From assembly GCA_051294905.1 (NCBI GenBank), contig CM119372.1:30256001-30320000 (forward strand): 64,000 bases of DNA, in the 5' to 3' direction. A program made the position numbers and the translations under genes. A model generated the notes under the pieces. That model ran no database searches. It was not told the origin of the DNA and saw only the letters and a list, made by a program, of their open reading frames with translations. This stretch comes from Botryllus schlosseri (lineage: Eukaryota). This document shows positions 24,950-39,315 of the stretch, in pieces. Each line of letters starts with the position of its first letter. Position 1 is the first letter of the stretch.

Positions 24950-27900
24950 GTCTTGTTAATTAAAAAATAGTTCCTCTAATGCTAGAATCTATAATTCACC
25001 ACCAGAATAATATATGTTACATATTACTACAACCGACATTACACTGATATTTCTGTGCAATTTACAAACTACTCAATGCTCAACGATCATACCAACATTG
25101 GAAATTAAATCGATACTCATTAAAACGTTTCAAATAAACGTTATCACACTAGCTATACATTGAAGGGGTATGTGGCAGGATCTCAAACAGATTCATAAAA
25201 CCGGACAGCACATAGACCCTAAAATAACCGATGACTATAAAAATAATATCGTAGCTCCAAACATTTGCAGACCATCGAAGCAACGATGGTGTAGTACCAT
25301 TGTTAATACTGCGTATCAGCACTAAAATATAATCCGGTCGATTGCAAAAGAAATTTGGCAATCCCACTTCTACTGATCCATTCCAGCATTAGTTTCCGAA
25401 GCCCATGACATATGAAATCAATATAGACCAGGAACGCTGAACTAACCCCGTCACTGGTTGTCTAACTGCTATTACATTTTAAAACTACAACTCCTCAGTA
25501 CCTGAAAGCATATCAGCATTCGAGTCTCCGTAATTATAGTCTATTGACTATATATATATACAGTATATTCTGTATACTCGTCGGTTATTTGCTGCATCAC
25601 GTTCGAATTAGGACAAAGGTCGCCGAATAATGTCTAGTCACGATCCCTGTAGCCTGTAGGAATGCGTCACGATCAACATCTATTAGCTGGTTGCTTCCGA
25701 CATCTTCCGGCGATTTGGTATCATTGCCACCTTTTCCATGTGATTTTATCCAACGAGAATATGCAATTCCTAAGTCACTACGGATTACTGACTTTCGAAG
25801 ATCCGCATATATTCATTCACAACGTTTGAGCGCACACGGTATATATTGCTAACAGCGGATTTTCCATTGGCTCCGAGTTCAATTCAGTCCCAATACAGTT
25901 TTGTAAACATCGTATATCCGAGCCCGATCTAAATCCAGCGCTAAAATCGTCAAATCCTGTATTATTTTCTAATGCGAACCCAAATTCATGTTGGTATCTG
26001 CGAACTCTTCGCCAAGCTTTCAGAACCCTATCAAATATCAGTTCAACTTGATCAACGTGATCGGCGTGTAACCGTGGTAGATATCAGACATGGGGTAATC
26101 GCGATTAGTAATCGTAATCGATTACGACGATTACAGCACTTTCAAGTAATCGTAATCGCAATCGATTACATTCGAAAAAATTCCGAAGTAATCGTAATCG
26201 TAATCGACTACTTCCCATATCTAATCGATTTCTCGGGTCAAGTATACTAAGCACCGGCCGAGAAAGCCGGTATCAGTAGGGAACACGGGATTTGAGATGG
26301 CAGGTGTTGCAGTATATGTTGGTTTGTGTTTCACGTGGGCTGCGATTTGGCCCGGGCGTAAGTATATTTGCACTGTATACGGAACAGATAAACTTAACAC
26401 CCGAGATAGGAGAGAAGGTGCATTGATTGTGAGCTATCTGAAGAAGGATATCCGGGACTTCGTTAGGTCTGGACCAATCACGACATAAGCGCAATACCTC
26501 TTCTCACAAGGGGCGTCAATCAGCCAAAACTGAAACGAGCTATTGCCTAACAAAAACTAGGTAGGCTTCACATTACACTGAATTGCCTCATATTATGGAA
26601 GACAACGGTGAAATTAATCATACCGATCGTTTGCGCGCACATTTGATAATGGAGGGATCATATAAGGTAAGGCGAACAAATTTATAACCGTCATACTAAG
26701 TCTGATTTCACTAATAATAATATTTGTGTGCGTGCATTGTTATCGCAAGCATAAGTCCGCTTTCTCCGCAAGATATTTGCGAGTGATATTAGTGCGTAAT
26801 AATGCGAGAATGTGGGGCACAATAATTTCATTTCGCAGGAGGTCAGCGGTGAATATAATCATCATCATCGTTGATTTATTAGCAATTTTTGTCTGTTCAA
26901 TGCTCCGCGGAAATGTGATACAATGAAAAGATAACATTTTTTGCGCTTCTCGCGATTTACCATGACGTATAGTTACTTGATTTTGCGAAACCCACGAAAA
27001 TATATACGGCAGCCTAATATCGTATGAAACTGTTTTGATGCTTTAATCAGCGAGGGTGCACTGTGCAGCCTGTGGGACCGCGAATATTTTATATGGACCA
27101 GCATTTTTTGCGCTTGGCATTTTCACGTTAAGATACGCACGTTTCGGGCAAAATGCGACTGCTGCGTGTGCTGTATGCGTTGCCAAATGATTGGCGGCGA
27201 TAAAGCATCGAAATATAATAACCACCGCATGTTGGCCTAAACTTTCGACATTGAAATGACCGAAGCGGAGCTTGAGCCGCACGTCCCATATGAGATCCAC
27301 ACAAATAATGAGTCCCGTGTCGAAATGCGAATTTGAAATTGGGTTGGTCTCACGAAAGGATATATTATTTTGGTTTCGCCTGATACGTGTAAGCAATTCT
27401 CATGTGTCTGGAGCTTTGCCGCTATACCGCGATCTTTGGAGCTTTGCAGACAAATCTAGTGTCAGACCAATAGTAACATCAAACCAACTTGCATGGTATA
27501 GGGGTTGAGACATTTTTTATCATCAGGCCTTTTCTTCATAACATCTTTGATTGGCCTGTCGCTTATTGGCTATGGTACCGAACACAGTAGCCTTGGAAAC
27601 GATCAAGGTAACCACTGAAGATCGACCATTACGCGACTAAATTTAAAGGATGCACAATTGCACAATGCACATATTACGTACATTAGACGGCCTGTCCAGT
27701 GCGGTAAGGACCAAAATTTATACCTTTCACGGCCAATACTGTAAGAATCACTGGCGCAAACCAATGCCGTTACCAGCTGCAGATAGGTGGGCCGTGTGAT
27801 TCCTTACTTGAAACATTGAATATGACAAAATAAAATGGTTGGCACGCAAGTTGGTAATATTTTACATTTTTAGATATTTTGGCATGCTGCATACGAAAGG

Positions 27901-29999
27901 TTGCCGGCACCAGGACTGGTGTTTATTTAGTGGTGATTGCTTGTGTTTCGACTTGGGTGCGGGCATGCTCGTCGGGTGTCGGATGGCCGGCGGGATGCTA
28001 TTCCGCACGTCAGGTCCGGCATGCTTGATGGAGCGATGATCTTTTCGGTCGACCATGTGATGTTTGGGCGGCGTGCTGGACGCGCGTGTGTTGTGCTTGT
28101 GCGCTTTTGATTCCGAGGTGAAGGGGACATTGACGTGTTTGGGACGGCAGTGACCGCAGTGGAAGAATAACTATGAGTGTGAGCAATATGAGCCGATGGA
28201 ATTTATCGGCCATAACGAATATTGCTCACCAACTTGTGCAAATTCTAGAATAACGGCGAGACTTGAAAATATTGGGGTACATTAGCACAGAAATCACGCA
28301 AGCAATAATCGCGTGTCGATAATTTTTTGTTTTCTAGTTTGCTCGCTACTAGCGATTGTTATAAATAATTGATGAATATTCCGTTCGCGGTGAGGATCGT
28401 AAGCTTCGTCGTGCTGCAAAACTGTAATATCCGAATTCCTCAATATGCGCTGCAGGATGGGCTGTTATTTTGCGCTTGCTACTGTCGGATCGCTATAAGT
28501 AATTAATGAATATACTGCTCACAGTGATGATCGTGATTTTCGTTGTATTTGAGGCCTTTACACGGAGTACGAATTATATAATTCCTAAATTGCTGGGGGA
28601 TATTAATTCTACGATTATTACCGGCCCATATAATAGTACAACAAGAGAAGAATCAAGCTCGGTTAATAACTAGATACAGTGCATATCCACAAACAGGGGA
28701 ATTATTATGGCGTCTTTACGCCAAATACGACTCATGTTGCACTATACCATGGTGTCATGCGCACTAAAACCACATGGGGCCTAGGATCTGATATGTAAGT
28801 TTGTATAAATGCAAACTACTCACCAGTGCCCAATAACATAAGTCAATAATGCCCAAAATAGGTTTCTACCAGGGCGATATTATTCCATCAATGGAATGAG
28901 GCTTGAATTTCAGGGATCCAGACGCTTGATAAACGGGTCATAGCAGCGTCGGACATGCGATCCGCAGAATGATTTAATCCAATGCGTGAAGCAAGTTTGA
29001 GTATTATAAAATGTTTAACGCGAAACAATAACTTCATATTGTTAATTTATTCGCTAAAAGCTTTTCGACCTTCAGTGTTCCTCACAAAGCATGTTACGAT
29101 TGGCTGAAACTATATTACGATGTAGGAAAAAATCACTGCCTTGTATCTTTTGTCAGGGCCGTTGTTTTAGCGGAAGCAATAACTATATTTCCCTGGCAAA
29201 TCGTCGTATTGTGTGCAGGTTCTGTTGTTTGCGCGTAAACCTATAATATATTGGGGCTCGAGAAAGTAGCCAGAACCTTACGCTAGACCGGGTGTTGGCA
29301 ATTATTCTCCATCATGGGTCAAATCTGAAGCGGCAAAAACGGTGGTGGGCCGCAACAAAAGTCCAGACTATGGTCCGCGGCGTGAAGTTTCATCTCTAAA
29401 TTGAAAACAGAATTATATTGTTAACAAATGTCGCGAAGTGAATACTTAAATATTGGGCTGCGTCCGCAGCTCTGTGTGGCTTGGTAAAGTAGCCTTGCTC
29501 TTTTGCTAGCTGCGGTCGTAGGCGCGCATCAGCCGCGAGTATGTATTCACTGCATGATTTGTTATCATAATGCCAACTCAAATTATATTCATTGAGCTCT
29601 GAAATCTGCTCCATGCCCACTACACACCACCGCAGCTTTCGTTGCTTATCTTAACATTGTTTGTGGACGAGGACTGATCCACTAGATTACGGATTTGGAT
29701 ACATATGACTTCTCAAATTGAAAACCATTCTTACAATGCGTAATGTTACAATGCCAACCAGAAGGTTTTAATTGAACTATGTGGAAAGAGTGAATTCTTG
29801 TGTCTACAAGGCTGCTCAAACTTCGAAAAATACATTGCCTTTATTTTGAGTCTTAATTACGCGTCCCAAGTACGAGGACAGCATAATCTTGGCATAATAA
29901 TGAACATGCTCCAAGGTGAACTAGTTTCCTGTTTAATTAACAGTCTTTGATTTAGTCATACATAAATTCAGCCATGTCTGAGCCATCCCTGCGGTTTCC

Positions 30000-32900
30000 G
30001 CAAGGGTATTGGTGGACAGATGTCGTTGTCCGAACAGATGTTATTTTTCCCATGTTCTACTCCTAAGGGACCAGGATCATTACCATCTGTTAGGTGAGGT
30101 AATTACTTGCAGAATCAAGAATGGGGGATGTGCGTCAAAAGCTAAATATGATCTTTAATAAACACGGTGAATCCGGTAGGCCTTTTCCGAAGCGTAAACG
30201 TACCTTCTAAAAGCCTTTCCGTACACACCATCGTCTACGGGACATCCGGTTGGGTGACCGCGCTCATACAGTTGATCCCCTATAGCATATAGGGTAATGG
30301 TAGACTAACTAGAGAAATTTTCGGACAGTTTTCTGCCTGTCTAGTAATCGCGCCATTAAAGGTTTCCGTTCACTTCTTACTTGCCGTCCGACAGTCGACG
30401 AGCATGTCCGTTGTCCGCGTTCAGGTCAAAGTACAAGCAATTAAATACAGTCCATGCTCAAGATTACCGGACCACGACTGACCTATTCAATCGATCTCGC
30501 TTCCCATGACCTATTTATAGTCGCTTTCCCTTCTATACCATCTTACTTACCTTTATTCAGTGTGCATGCCTCCTCACTACATCGTCTAGGCCGAGGTGGG
30601 TGTCTGATTCCCAAACCACTTCGACATATTCCTATCTTTCCAATATAGCGCATTTTTTATGATGCATTGGACTGACGGAGTTGCTGGTAAACCAATTATG
30701 ATAACCAGAGGTGGTCAATAACGAACCTTTTCCTCTTTTGGTGGAATTTGGAGTGGCTTTTGCCTGCTCATACTATTTCAGTTTTATGGGCAGGAATAAG
30801 CGTGCAATGACTACTTTTTTTGGTCACCACTCCTATTTCTACTTGAGTAGAAGGCTCGACGCTACTTCTACTTGACCATACCACGAAAGACCTCGGAGTT
30901 GTATAGGCTGACCTCAAAAGAATCACACAATGCCGAAAAGCCGTCATTATAAGGAATTCAGCAAGCAATACTAAAATGAACACCTTTGGTGACGTCACAT
31001 TACACATGCTGCTCCTCGTGAACCATGCGTCAAAACCCTGACAAGGTATCTGTTAAAACAATGTGAATTACGCGTATGATATGATAGCCAATTTAATAAC
31101 CCGAAGGTAGTTGGAAAACTCTGGGCGGCAAACAATATTGACAGATGTGTTGGTTCTACTTTCATGTGATATGTTGTTGCTTGCAAATGGCGGATCTCGA
31201 GTTATAATAAATGGCGGGTGCAATGGGTTTAATTTGCAGGGTACTTTGCGACTCAAATAGCGAAAACTGCTTTAAAAGAAATGTTTGGGAACGGAATTAT
31301 TGCTACTTGATGTCAAAAAAAACAAAACAAAACTCATTAGATAGTCCGAGCTCAGTGTTTTAATTACATTAATACCGCTAAGAGCCTTTTAGAGGAGCTT
31401 TCAAATGCCAGTGAGTGATTAATAATTCAGATGCGGCCTAAGGTTAATGTGGATAATGTGTTGAGATTTTTTTCCAAATGACAGGTATGATTAATAATTC
31501 AAAAGCTAGCCAAAACTCGTGACAGATTCCCATTAATGGCCGTTGGTAAGACATCCATTACCAATAAATTATTCATAGGAAATCCAAAAATAAAACTAGA
31601 AAGCCTTGCCCTTATACAAAAAAAAAGGAATAATTGATTTAACATCTGCTTTGAAAAACTCTATATAAGACCACCGACAGTGGCGTTGTCAAAACAGTAC
31701 GCTAGAGTATCTACGAGGGCAGGATTAAAGACAGCTATACGGGCTTACTTATTGTGTTAGGGCGAAGCTATGCCCGATATTAGAATGATATTCTGAAGAC
31801 TAAACTGTAAGTCCATACGGATGTGCTGAAGGGGGGCCTTTGTTGTATAGGACATGCTGTTAGTGGGACTGGGCACAATGATTCTGGTACTCGAGTCTGT
31901 CTTCAAGTATTGAAACTGAAAGTTATTTTATCAAGGAGTATCACGGTTTCAACAGTACATTTTGCCGTGACATCACAATGAGTGATATTCAAACGCTCGT
32001 TCGACTTGAGCATAATGCATGATTCGGAGTTAAATCACTCAGGTGCTCAATCTTGCCCAGCCTTAGCTAGTAGCTATTAGTGGGGATAACGAATAAATAA
32101 ATGGGATAGCTGGTATCTATATCTTACGATCGGGATAGTCTAGCAAAGTAATAGGTGGGGCCATGCACGATGGGAACTATACTTTACATATCTTATCTGT
32201 GGTTTGGAAGAAACGTCACTCTCTTTAATACAATTAATGAAGGCGTTCACGAACAATTGGATTTTATTTACACGCCACGTACGAAAACAAAACACTGGCG
32301 TTTGGCACAACAAAATATTACTCAAGTTGGCCAGGACTAAAATACCAGGAAAAAATGCCCCGTCACATCGCTCGGGATGGTGAGATCGGGCAAATGCGTT
32401 CGGGATTCAGAAGTCCCGTCTTGCGAGGCCTGGAGTGTGCAAGGGTGCGTGATAGTCCTCCGGACGGGTTGATTTTCCTCACAAAGCCCATTGGTGGTCA
32501 AAACTTTTCATCGGTGTTGAAATCAAGGGTTTATTTTAATTCTCAGATTGGGGTCGCGTCCAGCTGGAGATGTTGACCCAGCAGAAGTTATGTCCCATTT
32601 TGAGATAGCTAAATATCAGTGATACCCTTTCAACTAAAATGCTGGCCCAATCATATGGGATTAATCCTTGGGGCTATGGGCACAGCGATTTTGGTACTCG
32701 ATCTGAATTTAGCATTAATTTTGGTGATTCGGGCCGAGTATTAAAATGGTACGCTTTTCGCCACTGGGTGTTCGATTAATTTGTTTATGTGCGCAGGGCG
32801 AATTGCTTTAAATGCTTATTGGCTGGTAAAGTCCATGATATATTTTCTGTGAAACCCTGTGAAACTGTCAAAAGTAGCACCTAGAAATCAATATCTGATT

Positions 32901-35900
32901 AGAGGTTATACCTAGGGTAAATGCCGGAGTAATCAGCTCATAAGACGTAGTATAGGGTGAAATCACAGGTTCAATGGAGTTTCTTTATCCAGCAAGTTTC
33001 CCGGTAACCTTCGATAATGTCTATGCGTTGGACAGGTAGTGTTTTACGGTGTCTGAGAGTTGTAAGTGTTTCCCAAACTACGGTTGCAGGTAGCACTGAA
33101 TGCATAGGAATTTTTTAGCCAAGCATATGTAGTAGCAAGGTCATCAGCGCTCTGCGTTCGGATACCGTATTAATAGTATCTAAACCATTTCATGATGGCA
33201 GGTTAATGTGCTTTGGGAGCGCAATTTTCATAATAAAGAACTGAACCTATAACAAGTTCGTTACAGTCGATACCTCCACAGATGATTATAATTTACTTGG
33301 CACTTACTCGGAAATTCCTTTCCGGCTATTATTGAAGTGGCATTGCATTTCTGCACTGTTACCGGAAGAAAGCAGTGTAAGTCAAACATAATTGCAATGA
33401 TAATCCATTATAATATTCGTCTTTTTTGTGTAAGAATCATGTTCTCGTTACAATTTTAGCTGTTACACTGGGGATCTGTATTGACGCAACAGATGCTGGT
33501 GAATACTGACCCCTTGTGGATTAGATTTATGAGTATGTCTAAGCAGGATGTTAACTGATTTGGTTTATGTTTCCGTTTTTATATAACACTGTTCAGCCGT
33601 GGGCTCTGTAAAGAGTGTTGGATTGAGAGTCAATTGTCAGCAAATAATTGAAGAAGCAGACTAGTGCATATGATAACTGGGTATTGTTTCTAGTCTAAGA
33701 TGTCATTCTACGTAACAAATAGGGATGGTGTGAACGTGAGGTTCACGTTCGCGTTCTGTGTGTGAACCTCGGAAATTTAGAGGTTCGCGTTCACAACAGA
33801 ACCTTGGTAGGTTCTGCACTGTGAACCTTTTTGGTGAATTGTAATTTGCACTTCATTATAAGATCTTTGGTTCAAATTTATTGCATTTCAACTGCGGTTC
33901 ACTCTATGCGTGGCGCTGGCAGCATAAAAAATCAACTCTAAACGAGCATGCACTTTGGCAACCTTAAAAGTTTTAGTTTTTTTTTGTTAAAAAAACTTTC
34001 TCGAAATATCCAGCTGCCGTTTGCGAATATTTAGTGACTCTCTGCTGTGAGCTTGACCCGCAATCACACAACATCACAAGCGATGTACGTAGTCAGCGAA
34101 TGATGCTTATGCAACCAATCAATGACTTTGATATCGTTTTCTGATGTAAAAAATCGAGCGGGCGTACGGGGTCAATCTTTACTTCATATCTTTACTGTAT
34201 CATTAAAACCAAATCCGTGCGATTGCGGTGTTGGCTACTGCTGTATAACTTGTTGTTTGCGGTATCGGTAGCGAGTATAGAAACCTGTTTTACACTCTGC
34301 GCAATATCACTGTTGGCAATAATCAGACTCCGAAGTCCTAACACATTGTCCGGTCTGGCTAAGACCGTTATGGCGTAAGCTTATATTCCCTGGTAAGCCC
34401 TCGTCGAAATTATTGGCAAAGCGACGGAATGTATTGATTTCATGCGATTATTATATCCTTTGATTACCGCGGTTGATACATTTAGCGACGTTTAGAACGC
34501 CAATATGTACTTCAGCAATGTGACAATATGTGGCCCGAGTCTTCGCTAGGTATCGTGTACAACTGTACAAGTGTACATTAATATAGGCTATCACTTCATT
34601 GAAATACAGGGTTGAAATTAGCAATATGACGTCACGTGACGTCACGAGGTTCACGTTCGTGTTCACACAGAACCTTTCGAAAAGGTTCGCGTTCACACGA
34701 ACCTGAACCTTTCAGAGGTTCACACCATCCCTAGTAACAAAGTCGAATTTCACACTGCTTGACCATTATGTTGGGTTTCTGATAGATTGGCATAATTAGT
34801 ATTTATGATAGAGCTAAGATAACATTTAATTATTAGAAAATGCCTGTATTTATTGGTAATATATTCATTGAAAATTTCACATTAATTTGTCCTTTTTTTC
34901 ACATTGGAGCATTAAAAAACCCATCTGCTTCTGATAGAACTAATTCAAATTTTGTTTGCCATAGCTGAAAGGCAGCTTACGATATCTGCGCCAAATTGAT
35001 TGTGGGCATTACGCACATGCATGCTCATTGTTCACTTACGACAGGAATTATTCTCACATGGCCCTACTCAACATTAGATGCTATGGCCATAATCCTCTGA
35101 CCACGAAAATCTGTGATGACAAGACCACTGTGAACTTGGGAAAGTAGCTTATTATGACTGAAATTACTGTCTTCTGAGGCTATAAAGTCTGATGTATGTA
35201 TATGGCTCGTGTTGTAAGTTGCAAAATAAAATGTACTTGTATAATTCCATATAGGCAAACACTAACTCATTATGATATACGGCATGTAGTCATGCAGTAT
35301 AGAAGTAATACAATCCTTATTTCGACTACGATACGGTGGCAGGATGACCATTGGGCACTATATATTGTGTCTGAAACTGGCTATACGTGGCTTGGGAAGG
35401 ATAAAACAAACCTTTAGCAGAAGTAGTGATTTGACTGGCAGCATTGAAGTCGGTGTGTAGTGCGGGGTACTGATGAAGTACAAGTTGCCTCATGCGTAAT
35501 GCTGGCGGCTGCTATGTTCTGAGTTATGTTTACATCAAGATTGCTAGACATGTCCACCGCGAGACATGCTCCAGATCCAGATTTAGAATATCCGTGTGAC
35601 ATTTAGGGAACTGACCGGTCTAAAGAAAAAGCACCATCTTGTAGGTATATTACTCATCGCGTTAGCGAAACTATAATTGATTGAATTTACTATTTTATTT
35701 TAATATTGATTGATATTTGATTTTAATTCTCGTTCTAGTAATTCATTTTGAAAAATTCACACGGGTCCAGCGGGTCGCTATACCTATGAATGTTGAATCA
35801 TAGACAATACTAAATGTGTTTACTGTTCAATGAACGACACTATTAGCTATGGCAGAATTGCAGGTTCACTAAATAATCTTTTATTACCGGTGTAGCTCTA

Positions 35901-37200
35901 TTCCAAGGCACCAAACCTAATCTTATTAGTAAGCAATGATCAGTGAGCCAGTAGGATCACCGTAACGGGGTTAGCCAACCTAGCTATTTCTCAAGAATGA
36001 TAAACAGTATTTTGTATCGCGATAAGAATAGCTATTTCTAACTGCTGGTATAAGTTGTACAAAGTTTGAATAGATGTAATACTTCGGTACTTCTTCCCGT
36101 CAAGGCAAGTTTCAAAACGGGTAGTTCTGCAATGCGGTCTTGCCAACTCCTGAATGATAAATTTACATTCCCTATTTTAGGTAACCAATTAAAGTTTAAT
36201 AGACACCGATTGGTTTACAGGTGGCACAGAGCATAGAAGATTGTGGTTGTCCAAAATTACAATGACTTAGATGCTAGATCTGATGGCGAAAAAACACCCA
36301 AGGGGGTTCCGTAGCGGAACAGTTTCTAGTCTTTCTGGATAGTTTGGTATAATGTTGGCATAAGATTAGGTATAGCACTACGCCATTTTAGTAAAAAATT
36401 GCACAAGTAATATTGCATAACATAGTCATCAGTAATTTCTTGAATAAATTTTCGTCGATTGAAACTGTGAATCTGTCATTTTTGCATTAGTCTAATGGTG
36501 CATCTCGCAATTTCAAGAGTGGCCGATACTAAGTAATTGCCTGTTGAGTCATGTAAAATCTCGATTAAGTACATGTATCTTTATCTGACCTTGTGGTATT
36601 AACGCATCCACATCATTGGTACATTAATTGAAATTGTCCAGGCCAGTATACCAGACAGATTTATAAGTTTTGAGGCATCTACCACAGAACGATGCGAAAT
36701 AGTTAAGCCACTGTAGAGACTGTGAGGTTGAAATTTACCTGAATTTTTTTTTGCCGATCAAGTAGACCGTCATAAGGATTCAGCCCAATCCAAGCAACGT
36801 CTCAGCAACAGTGATATATGCTGGTATCACACACTCGGTGAACTTTGGATAATATAACCACTTGACAATCCCGGCTGTTTGAAAATCTGCAACCATTCAG
36901 CATTGATTAATTCCTGAGGAAGGTTAAATTTACGCTGAAACTGAGTCACGGTGATTGATTGCTTCATACCAATACCGGGGTTTATATTATCAATGGTATC
37001 ACCAACCATGACTTACCCGGCTTGAGGTTTCGAAAATCAAGTCCGGCCACTTTTTTCAGCTGCGTTGAAACTCACTCCTAATTGGTAAATATAGAGCCAT
37101 TTTCTTTGCCTGAATGCCAGTAGATGCAAGCTCAAGCTGAATAGACGTCCATACTGTGGTATCTATCTGGATTAAACCGTAACAAGACCGGTATAGGCTT
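30000..37200 (-). mobile_element. Probable highly decayed Ty3/Gypsy-like pol region
   Basis: Weak fragments in RT-RH-IN order on the minus strand: CRSLN near 35800; PIWNYTSTFYF...LLSQ...RIMAIAS (RNase H-like, 35064-35258); DFTSQ*AFK near 32830. Many stops; boundaries approximate. Confidence 0.33.
33720..34733 (-). mobile_element. hAT MITE family C (uninterrupted 1014 bp)
   Basis: TIR TAGGGATGGTGTGAAC; perfect TSD GTAACAAA. Confidence 0.94.
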
Positions 37201-39315
37201 AAAAAGAAAATGTATTGACAAACTCCCACTCATCAACAATTTATAACCCTTCTGATCAGCATGCTGTAGCCTGTTGACAACTGCCTTGTCAGTTTTCTGC
37301 ACTATTATAAGAGTAATTTGCAGATTAGGTCTTAAATTCTAAACAATAAGGTGGGCTCATCTCATTTTTAGTAAATTATTCAGTGTTACTGGTGAAGTTA
37401 CCTATTTGCAGAAGGTATTTCTGCCAACATTTGCTCAGGCTCTGTGTTTTCGAGGGGGGAGAGAGTATTTTATTTTAACTCAGTCTGGACTAGGTAGCAG
37501 ACAATACAGCAATAATGGCGATACAGAGTACACTTCACGATATTTGTTATGATAAGACTATGCTCATGCGGATTACTGAGCCTTTGACAGTGGAAAAACA
37601 ATATTTTAAGCATATGATGTTCCACCGATGGTCATAAATTACACGTCTTTGCATTTAAGCTAAAAATATGCTTAACAATATTCAGAACTGACGAAAGATT
37701 GCAGATAACTGGATAATTTTGCTAATTTCTGAGTATTTTTGTTTCGTTATGATTGGTAGTCAGTTTATTTCAATTGTAGATCATAAATCACTCAATAGTA
37801 TGGGCCCAAACTCCAAAAACTAAAGCAATGAGGTCTGGATATTCAAGTATTACGAGTTTTGAAATCACCAGAGTACTTTGTTGAACCCTAGTGGCCTTCT
37901 GAGTTGTGGGCATATAGGCATTAGGGCCAAATCTAACTTGGCTGAGTATAGTTCAATTACGTGAGGCCATTTTTGAAGACATGACATGTACAAATAATAG
38001 ATAGTGACTGTTTTGGTTGAAAACCTTCCACTAAGATAATATTGAGTGTGTGTGTGTGTGAGAGAGAGAGAGATGAGAACCGAAATGGTGGCATTTATCA
38101 ACTATTTTCTAGACCCACTATGAATAATTACCAGTAGAAGTAAACGGATGTGAAGACCAACTCCAAACAATGACCACCTATGTTGTAAGAGAACCGCCGT
38201 GCGTTTATTATAAAAAGGTATGGTAATCATCTTTAAAAAATACTTTATTTCTTTATTTGTTCATTTATCTATAGAAACTTGTTCGATATGATGAAGTTTT
38301 TTTGAAGCATTTCTTTTTATGGTATAAATATATTTCTTGAGCTTGGGCATAGAGCCGATATTACGGTGTTCGCTGCTTGGGGGTATAGTGCCTGGTATCG
38401 GCCAGCGGAACCGTCTATTGCGCGACCCAATAGTAACCCTTTTTCATTAAAACCGTAGAACATCTTAAGAATCACCTATGAAAATGAATTCTTACCTTGT
38501 TGGACAGCATCCAACCGCAAAGTGATGTGAAATTGTAATTATGTATATAAGGTATATATTTGTGTGAGTCGTACGTTTGTCCCTACCTTATGGGGTTGGT
38601 AATGTAGTAATGAGGTATATATGAAGTAGGTTGTGAGGAAATCTCATTTTTTGACACCCATGGTTACGCGAGTAGACGCTGCATTTCAACCACGATAGGA
38701 AGGAAGGAGGGACAAATATATCGTCGCAAAACAATGTATATAAAGTATAAGTGTTACAGTATGTATATATAAGCACCCACGAAAAAAATTGATAAAAGAA
38801 TTTGAAAAAAATTAAACACTTGCGGCGGATGAAACATACAATAAGGAAATTTGCCATGTATAAATATAGTAATATATAAAACGAATATATTATGATAAAA
38901 TGACCCTATGGGTTAACAAATTGTTATCTAACATAACTTAGATAGGATATGAAGTTGGAGTCGGACTTGGGATTGGATTTGGGCTCGGAATCGAATTCAG
39001 AGCCCGACGTGAATCATGTGATCTGAAAACTTTTCGTGTATAAATTTATGATTAATTTACACCAATTATGAAATATTAGTAGTGATAACATGTGTCCACG
39101 ATTACGCTGCAAGGAATTCGAGATCGAGCACTCAGTCTGGGTACCACAAAAATATATGTCTCTCGATCAAGGACTGAAATCGCTGAGATCACTAAGATTC
39201 CTGATGATGACACATACGTTATCAGGAGTATCAGAGTATCTGTGTGACATTGGCCGATGAGTCTAATTTAAGCTCCGCCATTGGAAACAATGATATGACT
39301 TCGCCACTGGTGACA

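Noticed and set aside
29060-29100. Fifth hammerhead on the minus strand (CGAAAAGCTT)
   Set aside because: The CUGANGA core and stem I are not properly formed.
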